A DNA stretch of 64,000 nt from Escherichia coli (GCF_045037415.1 NZ_CP173438.1); one strand, 5' to 3'; positions 9,691 through 22,980 are shown, counted from the first letter of the stretch. Made by a program: numbers and translations. Notes: generated by a model from the letters alone, not told the origin.

Positions 9691-10253
9691 GGCTGCTCCT
9701 TAAGCAACGGAACAGACGCCGGGTTAAAGTTCGGATTGGTGCGCTGATCGCTGTGGCAATCGACGCAAATCTTAATCCGTCCTTTGTCACTTAACGTCTG
9801 CATCGTATCTTGCTGTGGATGCAGGGAATGGCAGCTGGCGCACGCCACTTTGGTTACGTGGACATCGTGCGGCCAGAATGCTTTTTGCAACTGTTCCGGC
9901 AGATGGCAGGACATACAGACGCTGTTCTGCTCTCCAACCTTGTACATCGGCTCGTTAAAGCGCATCACATCTTTCACCCCTTCGCGGTGTTGCGGTGATG
10001 GCTGGCCGTGACAGTTGGTGCAGGTGACCGGCAGTTTGTTATTCGGGTTGATAACGGAAGCATGTTTGCCATGCATACCTTCGGTATCTGGCTTATGACA
10101 GTCCAGACAGGCGGCATCCGGGTTACGCTGCTGGGTAACTTCGTAGCGATCACCAGATGCCTGCGCCGCAGGGGTAGCGGTAATTCCGTTCAGGCTCCAC
10201 AACAGGCCCGACGCCAGCACCCCGGCAGTTAATAACGAACGTAATACGCTCAT
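9687..10253 (-). CDS. nrfB: NrfB, periplasmic pentahaem cytochrome c
   Basis: Five CxxCH motifs (CLDCH, CTNCH, CMSCH, CASCH, CVDCH) and a signal peptide. From ATG 10253 (MSVLRSLL) it is 188 aa. ATG 10259 is an alternative start. Confidence 0.9.
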   Translation of the reverse strand: MSVLRSLLTAGVLASGLLWSLNGITATPAAQASGDRYEVTQQRNPDAACLDCHKPDTEGMHGKHASVINPNNKLPVTCTNCHGQPSPQHREGVKDVMRFNEPMYKVGEQNSVCMSCHLPEQLQKAFWPHDVHVTKVACASCHSLHPQQDTMQTLSDKGRIKICVDCHSDQRTNPNFNPASVPLLKEQP

Positions 10254-10297
10254 ATTCACTCCATTGTGTTTTCCGCCCCTTGCGAGGCGGAACGGGG

Positions 10298-11740
<1,443 letters not shown>

Positions 11741-11860
11741 TCATCCGAATTGAGCCATTGTTGCAATGGCGGTTTTTATTGTTTTTCACGACAGTAACCG
11801 CACCTACACTGTCATGACATTGCTCGCCCCTATGTGTAACAAATAACCACACTATGAATG

Positions 11861-11874
11861 TTGTCTTTAATCAA
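11861..11874 (-). promoter_or_regulatory. FNR-box-like inverted repeat upstream of nrfA
   Basis: The minus strand reads TTGATTAAAGACAA (consensus TTGAT-N4-ATCAA, 8 of 10 half-site positions) about 127 bp upstream of the nrfA ATG. nrf is known to be FNR-activated. Confidence 0.45.
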
Positions 11875-12028
11875 TTGTAAGTGCATGTAAAATACCACTT
11901 TAGAGTTAGTCGGTATCTTCCTCTTTTTCAACAACATGCATAACTGCATGTTCCTCAAAGAATTAATCAACTTTTGTTGCTGACCTTCAAAAATTACCCT
12001 GCCGTTTATTTGCACAATTCTACTTTTG

Positions 12029-12044
12029 CGTGATCTGTCGCCCA
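12029..12044 (+). promoter_or_regulatory. Weak CRP-box-like site in the acs promoter region
   Basis: cGTGAtctgtcGCCCA against TGTGA-N6-TCACA, about 90 bp upstream of the acs ATG. acs is known to be CRP-dependent. The match is only partial. Confidence 0.3.
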
Positions 12045-12125
12045 AATACTAAACAAAACTGCCAATACCCCTACATTTAACGCTTATGCCACATATTATT
12101 AACATCCTACAAGGAGAACAAAAGC

Positions 12126-14084
12126 ATGAGTCAAATTCACAAACACACCATTCCTGCCAACATCGCAGACCGTTGCCTGATAAACCCTCAGCAGTACGAG
12201 GCGATGTATCAACAATCTATTGACGCACCAGATACCTTCTGGGGCGAACAGGGAAAAATTCTCGACTGGATCACACCGTACCAGAAGGTGAAAAACACCT
12301 CCTTTGCCCCCGGTAATGTGTCCATTAAATGGTACGAGGACGGCACGCTGAATCTGGCGGCAAACTGCCTTGACCGCCATCTGCAAGAAAACGGCGATCG
12401 TACCGCCATCATCTGGGAAGGCGACGACGCCAGCCAGAGCAAACATATTAGCTATAAAGAGCTGCACCGCGACGTCTGCCGCTTCGCCAATACCCTGCTC
12501 GAACTGGGCATTAAAAAAGGTGACGTAGTTGCGATTTATATGCCGATGGTACCGGAAGCCGCGGTCGCGATGCTGGCCTGCGCCCGCATTGGCGCGGTAC
12601 ATTCGGTGATTTTCGGCGGCTTCTCGCCGGAAGCCGTTGCCGGACGCATTATCGACTCCAGTTCACGACTGGTGATCACTTCCGACGAAGGTGTGCGTGC
12701 CGGGCGTAGTATTCCGCTGAAGAAAAACGTTGATGACGCGCTGAAAAACCCGAACGTCACCAGCGTAGAGCATGTGGTGGTACTGAAGCGTACTGGCGGA
12801 AAAATTGACTGGCAGGAAGGGCGCGACCTGTGGTGGCACGACCTGGTTGAGCAAGCCAGCGATCAGCACCAGGCGGAAGAGATGAACGCCGAAGATCCGC
12901 TGTTTATTCTCTATACCTCCGGTTCTACCGGTAAGCCAAAAGGCGTGCTGCACACTACCGGCGGTTATCTGGTGTACGCGGCGCTGACCTTTAAATATGT
13001 CTTTGATTATCATCCGGGCGACATCTACTGGTGCACCGCCGATGTGGGCTGGGTTACCGGACACAGTTATTTGCTGTATGGCCCGCTGGCCTGCGGCGCG
13101 ACCACGCTGATGTTTGAAGGCGTACCGAACTGGCCGACGCCTGCCCGTATGGCGCAGGTGGTGGACAAGCATCAGGTCAATATTCTCTATACCGCGCCCA
13201 CGGCGATTCGCGCGCTGATGGCGGAAGGCGATAAAGCGATCGAAGGCACCGACCGTTCGTCGCTGCGCATTCTCGGTTCCGTGGGCGAGCCAATTAACCC
13301 GGAAGCGTGGGAGTGGTACTGGAAGAAGATCGGCAACGAGAAATGCCCGGTGGTCGACACCTGGTGGCAGACCGAAACTGGCGGTTTCATGATCACACCA
13401 CTGCCTGGCGCTACCGAGCTGAAAGCCGGTTCGGCAACACGTCCGTTCTTCGGCGTGCAACCGGCGCTGGTCGATAACGAAGGTAACCCGCTGAAGGGGG
13501 CCACCGAAGGCAGTCTGGTGATCACCGACTCCTGGCCGGGTCAGGCGCGTACGCTGTTTGGCGATCACGAACGTTTTGAGCAGACCTACTTCTCCACCTT
13601 CAAAAATATGTATTTCAGCGGCGACGGCGCGCGTCGTGATGAAGATGGCTATTACTGGATCACCGGGCGCGTGGACGACGTGCTGAACGTCTCCGGTCAC
13701 CGCCTGGGGACGGCAGAGATTGAGTCGGCGCTGGTGGCGCATCCGAAAATTGCCGAAGCCGCTGTGGTCGGTATTCCGCACAATATTAAAGGTCAGGCGA
13801 TCTACGCCTACGTCACGCTTAATCACGGGGAGGAACCGTCACCAGAACTGTACGCAGAAGTCCGCAACTGGGTGCGTAAAGAGATTGGCCCGCTGGCGAC
13901 GCCAGACGTGCTGCACTGGACCGACTCCCTGCCTAAAACCCGCTCCGGCAAAATTATGCGCCGTATTCTGCGCAAAATTGCGGCGGGCGATACCAGCAAC
14001 CTGGGCGATACCTCGACGCTTGCCGATCCTGGCGTAGTCGAGAAGCTGCTTGAAGAGAAGCAGGCCATCGCGATGCCATCGTAA
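12126..14084 (+). CDS. acs: Acetyl-CoA synthetase
   Basis: 652 aa with the AMP-binding motif [11 protein letters not shown]. Sequence recognised as E. coli Acs. Confidence 0.95.
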   Translation: MSQIHKHTIPANIADRCLINPQQYEAMYQQSIDAPDTFWGEQGKILDWITPYQKVKNTSFAPGNVSIKWYEDGTLNLAANCLDRHLQENGDRTAIIWEGDDASQSKHISYKELHRDVCRFANTLLELGIKKGDVVAIYMPMVPEAAVAMLACARIGAVHSVIFGGFSPEAVAGRIIDSSSRLVITSDEGVRAGRSIPLKKNVDDALKNPNVTSVEHVVVLKRTGGKIDWQEGRDLWWHDLVEQASDQHQAEEMNAEDPLFILYTSGSTGKPKGVLHTTGGYLVYAALTFKYVFDYHPGDIYWCTADVGWVTGHSYLLYGPLACGATTLMFEGVPNWPTPARMAQVVDKHQVNILYTAPTAIRALMAEGDKAIEGTDRSSLRILGSVGEPINPEAWEWYWKKIGNEKCPVVDTWWQTETGGFMITPLPGATELKAGSATRPFFGVQPALVDNEGNPLKGATEGSLVITDSWPGQARTLFGDHERFEQTYFSTFKNMYFSGDGARRDEDGYYWITGRVDDVLNVSGHRLGTAEIESALVAHPKIAEAAVVGIPHNIKGQAIYAYVTLNHGEEPSPELYAEVRNWVRKEIGPLATPDVLHWTDSLPKTRSGKIMRRILRKIAAGDTSNLGDTSTLADPGVVEKLLEEKQAIAMPS

Positions 14085-14089
14085 CCCAC

Positions 14090-14216
14090 AATTGTCGGAT
14101 GCGCTCCGACCTACATCTGGCAACGGCTGTAGGTCGGATAAGATGCGCCAGCATCGCATCCGACAACAAGCGCCGGATGCGGCGTGAATGCCTTATCCGG
14201 CCTACATTCGGCAAGG
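14090..14216. repeat. REP/BIME elements between acs and yjcH
   Basis: gtcggatgcgctccgacctac ... gtaggtcggataagatgcgccagcatcgcatccgac ... gccggatgcggcgtgaatgccttatccggcctac: three REP palindromes. Confidence 0.85.
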
Positions 14217-14293
14217 GTTACCCAAGCGTTAACCTTCTCCCATAAGGGAGCGGGAATTAAAACAATCCCTACATTACCTCTGGAGAATCTGTG

Positions 14294-16254
<1,961 letters not shown>

Positions 16255-16292
16255 TCTCTCCCCTTCCCCGGTCGCTTGATCGGGGAATTTCT

Positions 16293-16982
16293 TCAGAACA
16301 TCATCCTGGCCACCAGCGGCGAAACCAATACCATCAATACACCTGAAAGCATCATGACCAGGCTTGCAACTACGCCTTCTTGTTGACCCAGTTCATACGA
16401 CCGCGCAGTCCCGGCACCATGAGATGCCGCGCCGAATCCAGCACCTTTCGCCATCCCTTCGCGAATAGAGAGACGTAAAAACAACACGTCGCCAATCGCC
16501 ATGCCAAACACACCGGTGACCACCACAAACAGCGCCACCAGATCAGGCTGTCCGCCGAGCGACTGGCTCGCTGCCAAAGCAAATGGCGTAGTGACCGAAC
16601 GCACCGCCAGGCTACGCTGGATCTCATCTGGCAGGGTAAACAATCGCGCCAGCCACACTGAGCTGGTCACTGCCACCACCGTTGCCGTCAGTACGCCTGC
16701 CGTCAACGACATCCAGTGACGCTTAATGATCGCCCGATTGTCATACACTGGTACCGCAAAGGCGATGGTGGCCGGACCTAATAGCCATAGTAACCAGTGC
16801 GCTTCGCCAATATAGTTTTGCCAGGAAATATTGCCAAAAACCAGCAGCATAACCAGTAGCGTAGGCGTCAGCACCAGAGGCATCAATGGCAATTTACGAA
16901 AGCGGCGATAAAGGCGTTTGTTAAGAAAATAGATAACTAGCGTAATTGCCAGACAGAGCATACTTAGCTGAAAATTAGCCAC
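16293..16982 (-). CDS. LrgB/CidB-family membrane protein (YohK paralogue)
   Basis: 229-aa polytopic ORF. 8-nt overlap with the upstream LrgA-like gene. Size and composition resemble E. coli YohK and LrgB. Confidence 0.75.
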   Translation of the reverse strand: MANFQLSMLCLAITLVIYFLNKRLYRRFRKLPLMPLVLTPTLLVMLLVFGNISWQNYIGEAHWLLWLLGPATIAFAVPVYDNRAIIKRHWMSLTAGVLTATVVAVTSSVWLARLFTLPDEIQRSLAVRSVTTPFALAASQSLGGQPDLVALFVVVTGVFGMAIGDVLFLRLSIREGMAKGAGFGAASHGAGTARSYELGQQEGVVASLVMMLSGVLMVLVSPLVARMMF

Positions 16983-17385
16983 GGTTTAACCTGCGCATTT
17001 CATAGCGATAGACTTTTTCCACTACCCAGGCAGTCGTGCCCAGCACCATCACCGTACTCAGCGCGATCACAGCAAAAATACGCCAGCCATCCACCAGTAA
17101 TAGTTGTGCATAGTTCACCACAGCCACCACGGCAGGGACAAAAAACAGCAACATTTCGGCCAATAGCCAACGCGCCCCGGCTCGAACCCATTGCAGAGGA
17201 AGAATGCGACAAACAATCAGCGCCAGCATCAGGATCATCCCCACCAGGTTGGCAGGCAGCGGCAAATGCAGCCAGGAGACGAGATACTGCGCAAAAATAA
17301 ATAAACCTGCATACAGCACAACCTGAAAAAATACCTGGATAGATTGCACTACGGCAGGGGTAATGCGGCGAAGCGCCACGGGCAT
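16975..17385 (-). CDS. LrgA/CidA-family small membrane protein (YohJ paralogue)
   Basis: 136 aa with four TM segments. Resembles YohJ (..LYAG.FIA..L....P..I.GM.L...). Confidence 0.7.
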   Translation of the reverse strand: MPVALRRITPAVVQSIQVFFQVVLYAGLFIFAQYLVSWLHLPLPANLVGMILMLALIVCRILPLQWVRAGARWLLAEMLLFFVPAVVAVVNYAQLLLVDGWRIFAVIALSTVMVLGTTAWVVEKVYRYEMRRLNRG

Positions 17386-17446
17386 GAGAGGATATCCTGA
17401 AAATAAAACAGAATGGTAAGTATAGAGAGCGCTCGCCCCTGACTGA

Positions 17447-17463
17447 AATGAATTAAAATCATT
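17447..17463. promoter_or_regulatory. Candidate LysR-type (T-N11-A) operator in the divergent intergenic region
   Basis: AATGA-attaaaa-TCATT dyad containing T-N11-A, 26 bp upstream of the LysR gene ATG and 62 bp from the lrgA-like start. Confidence 0.3.
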
Positions 17464-17488
17464 GCAGGTATAGTCAAAGGGAATAGTT

Positions 17489-18373
17489 ATGGATATCAGA
17501 ACGCTGCGTTATTTTGTCGAAGTCGTGCGCCAGCAAAGCTTCACCCGCGCAGCGGAGAAGTTGTTTGTCACCCAACCAACTATCAGCAAGATGCTGAAGA
17601 ATCTCGAAGATGAGCTGAACTGTATATTGTTGATCCGCGATGGTCGTCGGCTGCTTCTCACTGATACTGGTCGCGTCGTATTTGAGCGCGGGCTGGCTTT
17701 ACTGGCTGAGTTTCGGCAACTGGAAGCTGAGCTTAGCGATATCAATCAGCTTAAAACCGGCGTTTTGCGGCTGGGAATCCCGCCGATGGTTGGGATGTTG
17801 ATGGCCGGGCCGATTGGCCTTTTTCGCCAGCGTTACCCCGGCGTAGAATTGAAAATTTCGGAGTTTGGTGGTCTGACGGTACAACAAGCGGTGATGAACG
17901 GTGAACTGGATATGGCACTGACAGCCCTGCCAGTAGAAGAAAGCGGCCTGACAACGTTATCGCTGTTTAGTCATCCACTATGTGTACTGACGCCACATTC
18001 AGGTAAATGGCTTGAATGTGATGCCGTCTCACCGGAGACATTGGCGGAACATCCTCTACTTATCTATAACGAAGATTTTGCCTTAAGTAAGCAATTGATG
18101 AAGTTATTCGATGAACATGGCGTTAAGCCGAGAATTGCAGTTCGCAGCGGGCAATGGGATTTTCTCGCCGCGATGGTTCAGGCCGGTGTCGGAATAGCCA
18201 TATTGCCGGAACCCATTTGCCAGCGATTAGATAAAAACACCTTAAAATGGCTACCGCTGGAAAGCGAACTAAGCTGGAAATTAGGAATGATTTGGCGTGA
18301 GGGCGTTTACCTTTCCCACTCTGCCCACGCGTGGCTGAGCTGTTGTGAAGGATACTGGTTAACGCCAGAGTAA
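17489..18373 (+). CDS. LysR-family transcriptional regulator
   Basis: 294 aa. N-terminal HTH MDIRTLRYFVEVVRQQSFTRAAEKLFVTQPTISKMLKNLE. Divergent from the lrgAB-like pair. Confidence 0.85.
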   Translation: MDIRTLRYFVEVVRQQSFTRAAEKLFVTQPTISKMLKNLEDELNCILLIRDGRRLLLTDTGRVVFERGLALLAEFRQLEAELSDINQLKTGVLRLGIPPMVGMLMAGPIGLFRQRYPGVELKISEFGGLTVQQAVMNGELDMALTALPVEESGLTTLSLFSHPLCVLTPHSGKWLECDAVSPETLAEHPLLIYNEDFALSKQLMKLFDEHGVKPRIAVRSGQWDFLAAMVQAGVGIAILPEPICQRLDKNTLKWLPLESELSWKLGMIWREGVYLSHSAHAWLSCCEGYWLTPE

Positions 18374-18377
18374 GTCG

Positions 18378-18401
18378 GGTTGGCGGGCTCGCCCGCCAAC
18401 C
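18378..18401. terminator. GC-rich hairpin between the convergent LysR gene and yjcE
   Basis: ggttggcggg-ctcg-cccgccaacc, a perfect 10-bp stem. No U-tract on either side. Confidence 0.45.
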
Positions 18402-18408
18402 ATGCAGA

Positions 18409-20058
18409 TTACTGATTTTCCTCAATCAGCAACGCTTCAAGCAAATCGAGATCGTGCAGTAATTTTTGCAGCGTTTCGTTACTGATCTCCCGCGTGGCGC
18501 GCAGGTGGTACAGTTCAGCACGTTCAGAACGCAATGCCGCCAGACGGAAGCGACGCTCCAGGTTCTCTTCCAGGATTGAACTTTCTACATCATTACGTCC
18601 ATCGGCGCGACGACGCAGGTTACCAATGACGCGAGAACTAACCTCTGTGAGCAGCTGGTTATCGATATTCTCTTCGGTATCCGCCGCCAAACGCTCCTCC
18701 ATTTTCTGGATCGCCACAATCGCCACTTCTGCCGTTGCCGCTCGTGCAATACGTTCCTCTTTCAATTGTTGCGAATGGTCCGCGACTTCTATGTGTTGTA
18801 GCAGAATAGGCAACATCACCACGCCGACAAACAACGAGAAGAGAATGACGCCAGCCGCCAGGAACACCAACTCATAGCGCGCAGGGAAGACGTTACCATC
18901 CGGCAAGAGAAGCGGGATAGAGAGCACACCGGCCAGAGTGATCGCCCCACGCACCCCGGCGAAAGACGCGATCAGGATTTCTCGTGTAGTCCACGAACCA
19001 AACTCCATCGGCTTCTTCTTCAGGAAGCGGTTGCTGAACTTTTTCATCGTCCACAGCCAGCCGAAACGGACCAGCATCAGCGCCGCATATATCAGAATAA
19101 TATCGGTAAACAGCATCCAGATTTCGACGTTAGGATCGATTTCTGCCGCCATCAGCGACGTCTCCAGAATCCCCGGCAACTGCAGACCTAACAGCAGGAA
19201 CACCATGCCGTTAAAGACAAATTCCAGCATCGCCCAGGTGCTGTTTGCGCGCAGGCGCATTGCCAGCGGCGCACGGCGCATCACACCGGAGCGGGTGATG
19301 GTCATCCCGGCGGCAACCGCAGCGAGGATGCCGGAAACGCCAATATGTTCCGCAATCAGATAAGAAGCGAATGGCAGCAAGAACAGCAGAACGATCTGCG
19401 TCGCGGGTTCATCACCGCCCCAGCGGCTGAGGAATCGCAGCGAGCGACCATACAGCCAGCTCACCACAAAACCGGCGAGAATACCGCCTATTGCCACTTT
19501 CATAAATTCGACCGTCGCACCGCCGACGGTGAAGATCATTGTCCCCATCGCCACTGCCACGGCAAACTTCAACGACACCAGGCCGGAGGCGTCATTCATC
19601 AACGCTTCGCCCTGCAAAATGCCCATGATTTTTTTCGGGATGCGCCCCTCGCCAACAATCCCGGAGAGCGCTACAGCATCGGTCGGAGAAAGCACCGCAG
19701 CCAGCGCAAAGGCGGGGATCAGCGGAATGCCCGGCACCACCCAGTAAATAAGGAAGCCAATGCCGACCACGGTGACCACCACCAGCGCCAGCGCGAGGCC
19801 GAAAATCTCTCGCCCATGTTCGAGAAATTCACGGGTCGGCGTTTTCCAACCATCAGCGAACAGCAACGGCGGGATAAACAAGACTAAAAAGAGTTCAGGA
19901 TCAAACTCCACATGCAAACCAAACGTCGGCCACGCCAGTAGCGCACCGATGGCGATTTGCATAAGCGGAAGCGGGATCTGAAAGGGCATGACACGAGTGA
20001 CCACCCCGGACAGCGAGACCACGAGGGTCATTATCAGTATGGTGAAGAAGATTTCCAT
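18409..20058 (-). CDS. yjcE: Putative Na+/H+ exchanger (CPA1 family)
   Basis: 549-aa ORF (MEIFFTILIMTLVVSLSGVV...) with a polytopic N-terminal domain and a soluble C-terminal tail. K-12 length and position. Confidence 0.9.
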   Translation of the reverse strand: MEIFFTILIMTLVVSLSGVVTRVMPFQIPLPLMQIAIGALLAWPTFGLHVEFDPELFLVLFIPPLLFADGWKTPTREFLEHGREIFGLALALVVVTVVGIGFLIYWVVPGIPLIPAFALAAVLSPTDAVALSGIVGEGRIPKKIMGILQGEALMNDASGLVSLKFAVAVAMGTMIFTVGGATVEFMKVAIGGILAGFVVSWLYGRSLRFLSRWGGDEPATQIVLLFLLPFASYLIAEHIGVSGILAAVAAGMTITRSGVMRRAPLAMRLRANSTWAMLEFVFNGMVFLLLGLQLPGILETSLMAAEIDPNVEIWMLFTDIILIYAALMLVRFGWLWTMKKFSNRFLKKKPMEFGSWTTREILIASFAGVRGAITLAGVLSIPLLLPDGNVFPARYELVFLAAGVILFSLFVGVVMLPILLQHIEVADHSQQLKEERIARAATAEVAIVAIQKMEERLAADTEENIDNQLLTEVSSRVIGNLRRRADGRNDVESSILEENLERRFRLAALRSERAELYHLRATREISNETLQKLLHDLDLLEALLIEENQ

Positions 20059-20162
20059 GCGTTCCCTGTTTGCGATGTTTTTTATGATCTGAGAAAGGCG
20101 TTATGCCTGAATTCTCATTTTTTCAGAATATCGCAAAAGCTCACACAATGTGCGGAGAAAAT

Positions 20163-20191
20163 AAAAACGGGCAGCCATTGCCACCCGTTTT
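20163..20191 (-). terminator. Intrinsic terminator of ghxP
   Basis: The minus strand reads aaaacgggtggcaatggctgcccgtttttatttt: a stem (acggg/cccgt, extended) followed by a U-run, 18 nt after the ghxP stop. Confidence 0.75.
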
Positions 20192-20208
20192 CAGAATCCT
20201 ATGTAAGA

Positions 20209-21558
20209 TTAGATAGCCCAGCCACCCGCATAGAAGGTCACCAGCGCCACGGCAATAACGACCGTACCGATGTTCAACTTGCGCCATTCGCCGGAAACCA
20301 GACGACCAATCACCAGAGTCGCGAAGCCAATCATGATGCCTGTTACGATGTTACAGGTCAGCACGATGAATACCGCCGTAACCAGACCCGCCATCGCATC
20401 AACAAAATCAGCAAAGTCGATTTTCGCCACGTTGCTCAGCATCAGCAGGCCAACGTACATCAGCGCCGGAGCCGTTGCGTACCCCGGAACGAGGTAAGAG
20501 AGCGGAGAGAGGAACAGAATCAGCAGGAACAGCACGCCAACGGTGATAGCCGTCAAACCGGTTTTACCGCCCGCCGCCGTACCCGCCGCAGACTCGATGT
20601 ATACCGCTGCCGGAGCTGCACCCACCAGGCCAGAAAAAACGCTGCTCATGGAGTCGGTGGTCAGTGCTTTCCCGCCGTCGATGATCTGCCCATCTTTATC
20701 CAGCAGGTTCGCCTGACCGGCGACGGCACGGATAGTTCCGGTGGCATCAAATACTGCCGTCATCACCAGTGCCAGAACACTTGGCAGGACTACAGGATTC
20801 AGCGCGCCCATAATGTCCAGGCTGCCTATCAGTGAATTGCCGTTTTCATCGCTCAATGAAGGCATGGCGAAAACGCCGGAGAAATGGACGTTAGGATCGA
20901 AGATCAAACCGACAATTGAGATACCGATAATGGTCAGCAGAATGCCGCCAGGGACTTTCAGTTTTTCCAGGCCGATAATCACTGCCAGCCCCACCAACGA
21001 CATCATCACCGGAAAGGTCGTAAAATCCCCCAGCGCGACGGGCAGACCATCAAGCGGGTTTTTAATCACCAGACCGACACCATTAGCGGCAATGAGCAGC
21101 AGGAACAGACCGATACCAATCCCCGTGCCGTGCGCCACACCGTGCGGCAAGTTGCGCAAAATCCAGCTACGGATACCCGTGGCAGAAATTACCGTAAACA
21201 GCACACCCATCAGGAACACGGCACCCAGCGCGACAGGTACGCTAATATGTTGCCCCAGCACCAGACTGAATGCGGTAAACGCCGTCAGAGAGATGGCGCA
21301 ACCAATCGCCAACGGCAGATTAGCCCACAGACCCATCACGATAGAACCGAGTCCGGCAACCAGACAGGTTGCAACGAAAACTGCCGCAGGCGGGAAGCCC
21401 GCTTTACCCAACATGCCTGGAACGACGATAACCGAGTAGACCATCGCCAGAAACGTTGTTAACCCGGCAACCACTTCCTGACGGACAGTGCTTCCACGTT
21501 GTGAAATTTTAAACCAGGCGTCGAGTGAACCGCCGGTACGCGCTGATGGCGTAGACAT
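20209..21558 (-). CDS. ghxP: Guanine/hypoxanthine permease (NCS2/AzgA family)
   Basis: 449-aa ORF ([28 protein letters not shown]...). Recognised as YjcD/GhxP. Confidence 0.9.
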   Translation of the reverse strand: MSTPSARTGGSLDAWFKISQRGSTVRQEVVAGLTTFLAMVYSVIVVPGMLGKAGFPPAAVFVATCLVAGLGSIVMGLWANLPLAIGCAISLTAFTAFSLVLGQHISVPVALGAVFLMGVLFTVISATGIRSWILRNLPHGVAHGTGIGIGLFLLLIAANGVGLVIKNPLDGLPVALGDFTTFPVMMSLVGLAVIIGLEKLKVPGGILLTIIGISIVGLIFDPNVHFSGVFAMPSLSDENGNSLIGSLDIMGALNPVVLPSVLALVMTAVFDATGTIRAVAGQANLLDKDGQIIDGGKALTTDSMSSVFSGLVGAAPAAVYIESAAGTAAGGKTGLTAITVGVLFLLILFLSPLSYLVPGYATAPALMYVGLLMLSNVAKIDFADFVDAMAGLVTAVFIVLTCNIVTGIMIGFATLVIGRLVSGEWRKLNIGTVVIAVALVTFYAGGWAI

Positions 21559-21617
21559 AAGAAAACATCCCCTGAGAGTTTAATTTTCGTCAAGATGCGT
21601 GGCGGACAATCCCCTGC

Positions 21618-21831
21618 CAGCGAAACGTTATCTTCCTGCTCCAGGTTTGCGACAATTTGCTGCGTCGCAAAAAAAGCAAACGTTTAGCTCCGCGCATACA
21701 AAACGGGTGGTAAAAAAAGCAAACGATTATCCGGCGATCATAGCGGCTTTTTCAACCGAAGTTTGCTGCTTTTTTCTCTTTTATTGTCTTGACGATGAAA
21801 AACCAGGCAATTGATGCGCAAACGTTATCGT
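21618..21831. promoter_or_regulatory. Cluster of four PurR-box-like motifs upstream of ghxP
   Basis: cagcgAAACGTTatct (21618-21633), aaGCAAACGTTTagct (21674-21689), aaGCAAACGaTTatcc (21717-21732), gcGCAAACGTTatcgt (21816-21831). Consensus is aNGCAAACGTTTNCNT. Confidence 0.45.
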
Positions 21832-21971
21832 CGATGCGCAAGATTGCAGCGTTATCGAGCCGTATACCGTTCAGGATTGCGATAAAAAATCGTCTGAGAT
21901 GACAAAAATATTGCGGCTAAAAAGTGTACTTTTACACTGGCGAAGAAACGCCGGTAACATACAATTAAAGC

Positions 21972-22112
21972 ATCAACACCAACCGGAACCTCCACCACGT
22001 GCTCGAATGAGGTGTGTTGACGTCGGGGGAAACCCTCCTGTGTACCAGCGGGATAGAGAGAAAGACAAAGACCGGAAAACAAACTAAAGCGCCCTTGTGG
22101 CGCTTTAGTTTT
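21972..22112 (+). ncRNA. ryjA: Probable RyjA small RNA, convergent with and overlapping the soxR 3' end
   Basis: Placed from my recollection of the K-12 map (about 140 nt, overlapping the last codons of soxR). Supported here by a TACAAT -10 at 21960-21965 and a strong terminator at 22081-22114. Confidence 0.4.
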
Positions 22113-22114
22113 GT
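22081..22114. terminator. Bidirectional intrinsic terminator (soxR and ryjA)
   Basis: aaactaaagcgcc-cttg-tggcgctttagttt, a perfect 13-bp stem flanked by an A-run and a T-run. Confidence 0.8.
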
Positions 22115-22569
22115 TCATCTTCCAGTAAGCGTGCGCCGGTACCTTCTTCTCCTAAGCGGTCGCCCGGGTTACGCAACGGGCAATCACTGCGCGAAAGGCA
22201 GCCACAACCAATACATCCATCCAGTTCGTCACGCAGCGCCACTAAGGTATGAATGCGCCGATCCAACTCTTCTCGCCATTGGGACGAAAGCTGTTTCCAC
22301 TCTTTCGCACTTAACGTATGCCCTTCTGGCAACACGCCAAACGCTTCACGAATGGTTGCGAGCGGAATGCCAATACGCTGAGCAATTTTGATAATTGCGA
22401 CATATCGCAACACATCACGTTTATATCGCCGCTGATTGCCGCTATTACGGATACTGGTAATCAACCCTTTGCTTTCATAGAAATGCAGCGCCGATACCGC
22501 CACACCGCTGCGTTTCGCCACTTCGCCGGGTGTTAGCAGCGCTTTAATGCGGGGTAATTTCTTTTCCAT
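22105..22569 (-). CDS. soxR: Redox-sensing MerR-family activator SoxR
   Basis: 154 aa with a MerR HTH and the [2Fe-2S] cysteine cluster [12 protein letters not shown]. Confidence 0.95.
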   Translation of the reverse strand: MEKKLPRIKALLTPGEVAKRSGVAVSALHFYESKGLITSIRNSGNQRRYKRDVLRYVAIIKIAQRIGIPLATIREAFGVLPEGHTLSAKEWKQLSSQWREELDRRIHTLVALRDELDGCIGCGCLSRSDCPLRNPGDRLGEEGTGARLLEDEQN

Positions 22570-22580
22570 AAATCGCTTTA

Positions 22581-22607
22581 CCTCAAGTTAACTTGAGGAA
22601 TTATACT
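22581..22607 (+). promoter_or_regulatory. soxS promoter with the SoxR operator in the spacer
   Basis: Perfect palindrome CCTCAAGTTAACTTGAGG (22581-22598) followed by the TATACT -10 (22602-22607). This is the known SoxR binding architecture. Confidence 0.85.
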
Positions 22608-22654
22608 CCCCAACAGATGAATTAACGAACTGAACACTGAAAAGAGGCAGATTT

Positions 22655-22978
22655 ATGTCCCATCAGAAAATTATTCAGGATCTTATCGCATGGATTGACG
22701 AGCATATTGACCAGCCGCTTAACATTGATGTCGTCGCAAAAAAATCTGGCTATTCAAAGTGGTACTTGCAACGGATGTTCCGCACGGTGACGCATCAGAC
22801 GCTTGGCGATTACATTCGCCAGCGCCGTCTGTTACTGGCCGCCGTTGAGTTGCGCACCACCGAGCGTCCGATTTTTGATATCGCAATGGACCTGGGTTAT
22901 GTCTCTCAGCAGACCTTCTCCCGCGTTTTCCGTCGGCAGTTTGATCGCACTCCCAGCGATTATCGCCACCGCCTGTAG
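22655..22978 (+). CDS. soxS: AraC-family superoxide-response activator SoxS
   Basis: 107-aa ORF (MSHQKIIQDLIAWIDEHIDQPLNIDVVAKKSGYSKWYLQRMF...). Confidence 0.95.
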   Translation: MSHQKIIQDLIAWIDEHIDQPLNIDVVAKKSGYSKWYLQRMFRTVTHQTLGDYIRQRRLLLAAVELRTTERPIFDIAMDLGYVSQQTFSRVFRRQFDRTPSDYRHRL

Positions 22979-22980
22979 TT

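Noticed and set aside
12663-13826. Long antisense ORFs inside well-conserved genes. Examples are the 387-aa ORF opposite acs, 10385-11203 opposite nrfA, 19957-20835 and 20741-21439 opposite yjcE/ghxP, 8368-8910 opposite nrfD and 36083-36634 opposite the DASS gene.
   Set aside because: They are shadow frames of GC-rich coding sequence. They have biased R/H/Q/P composition, no Shine-Dalgarno sequence and no recognisable motifs, and they are fully covered by genes with clear identity on the other strand.
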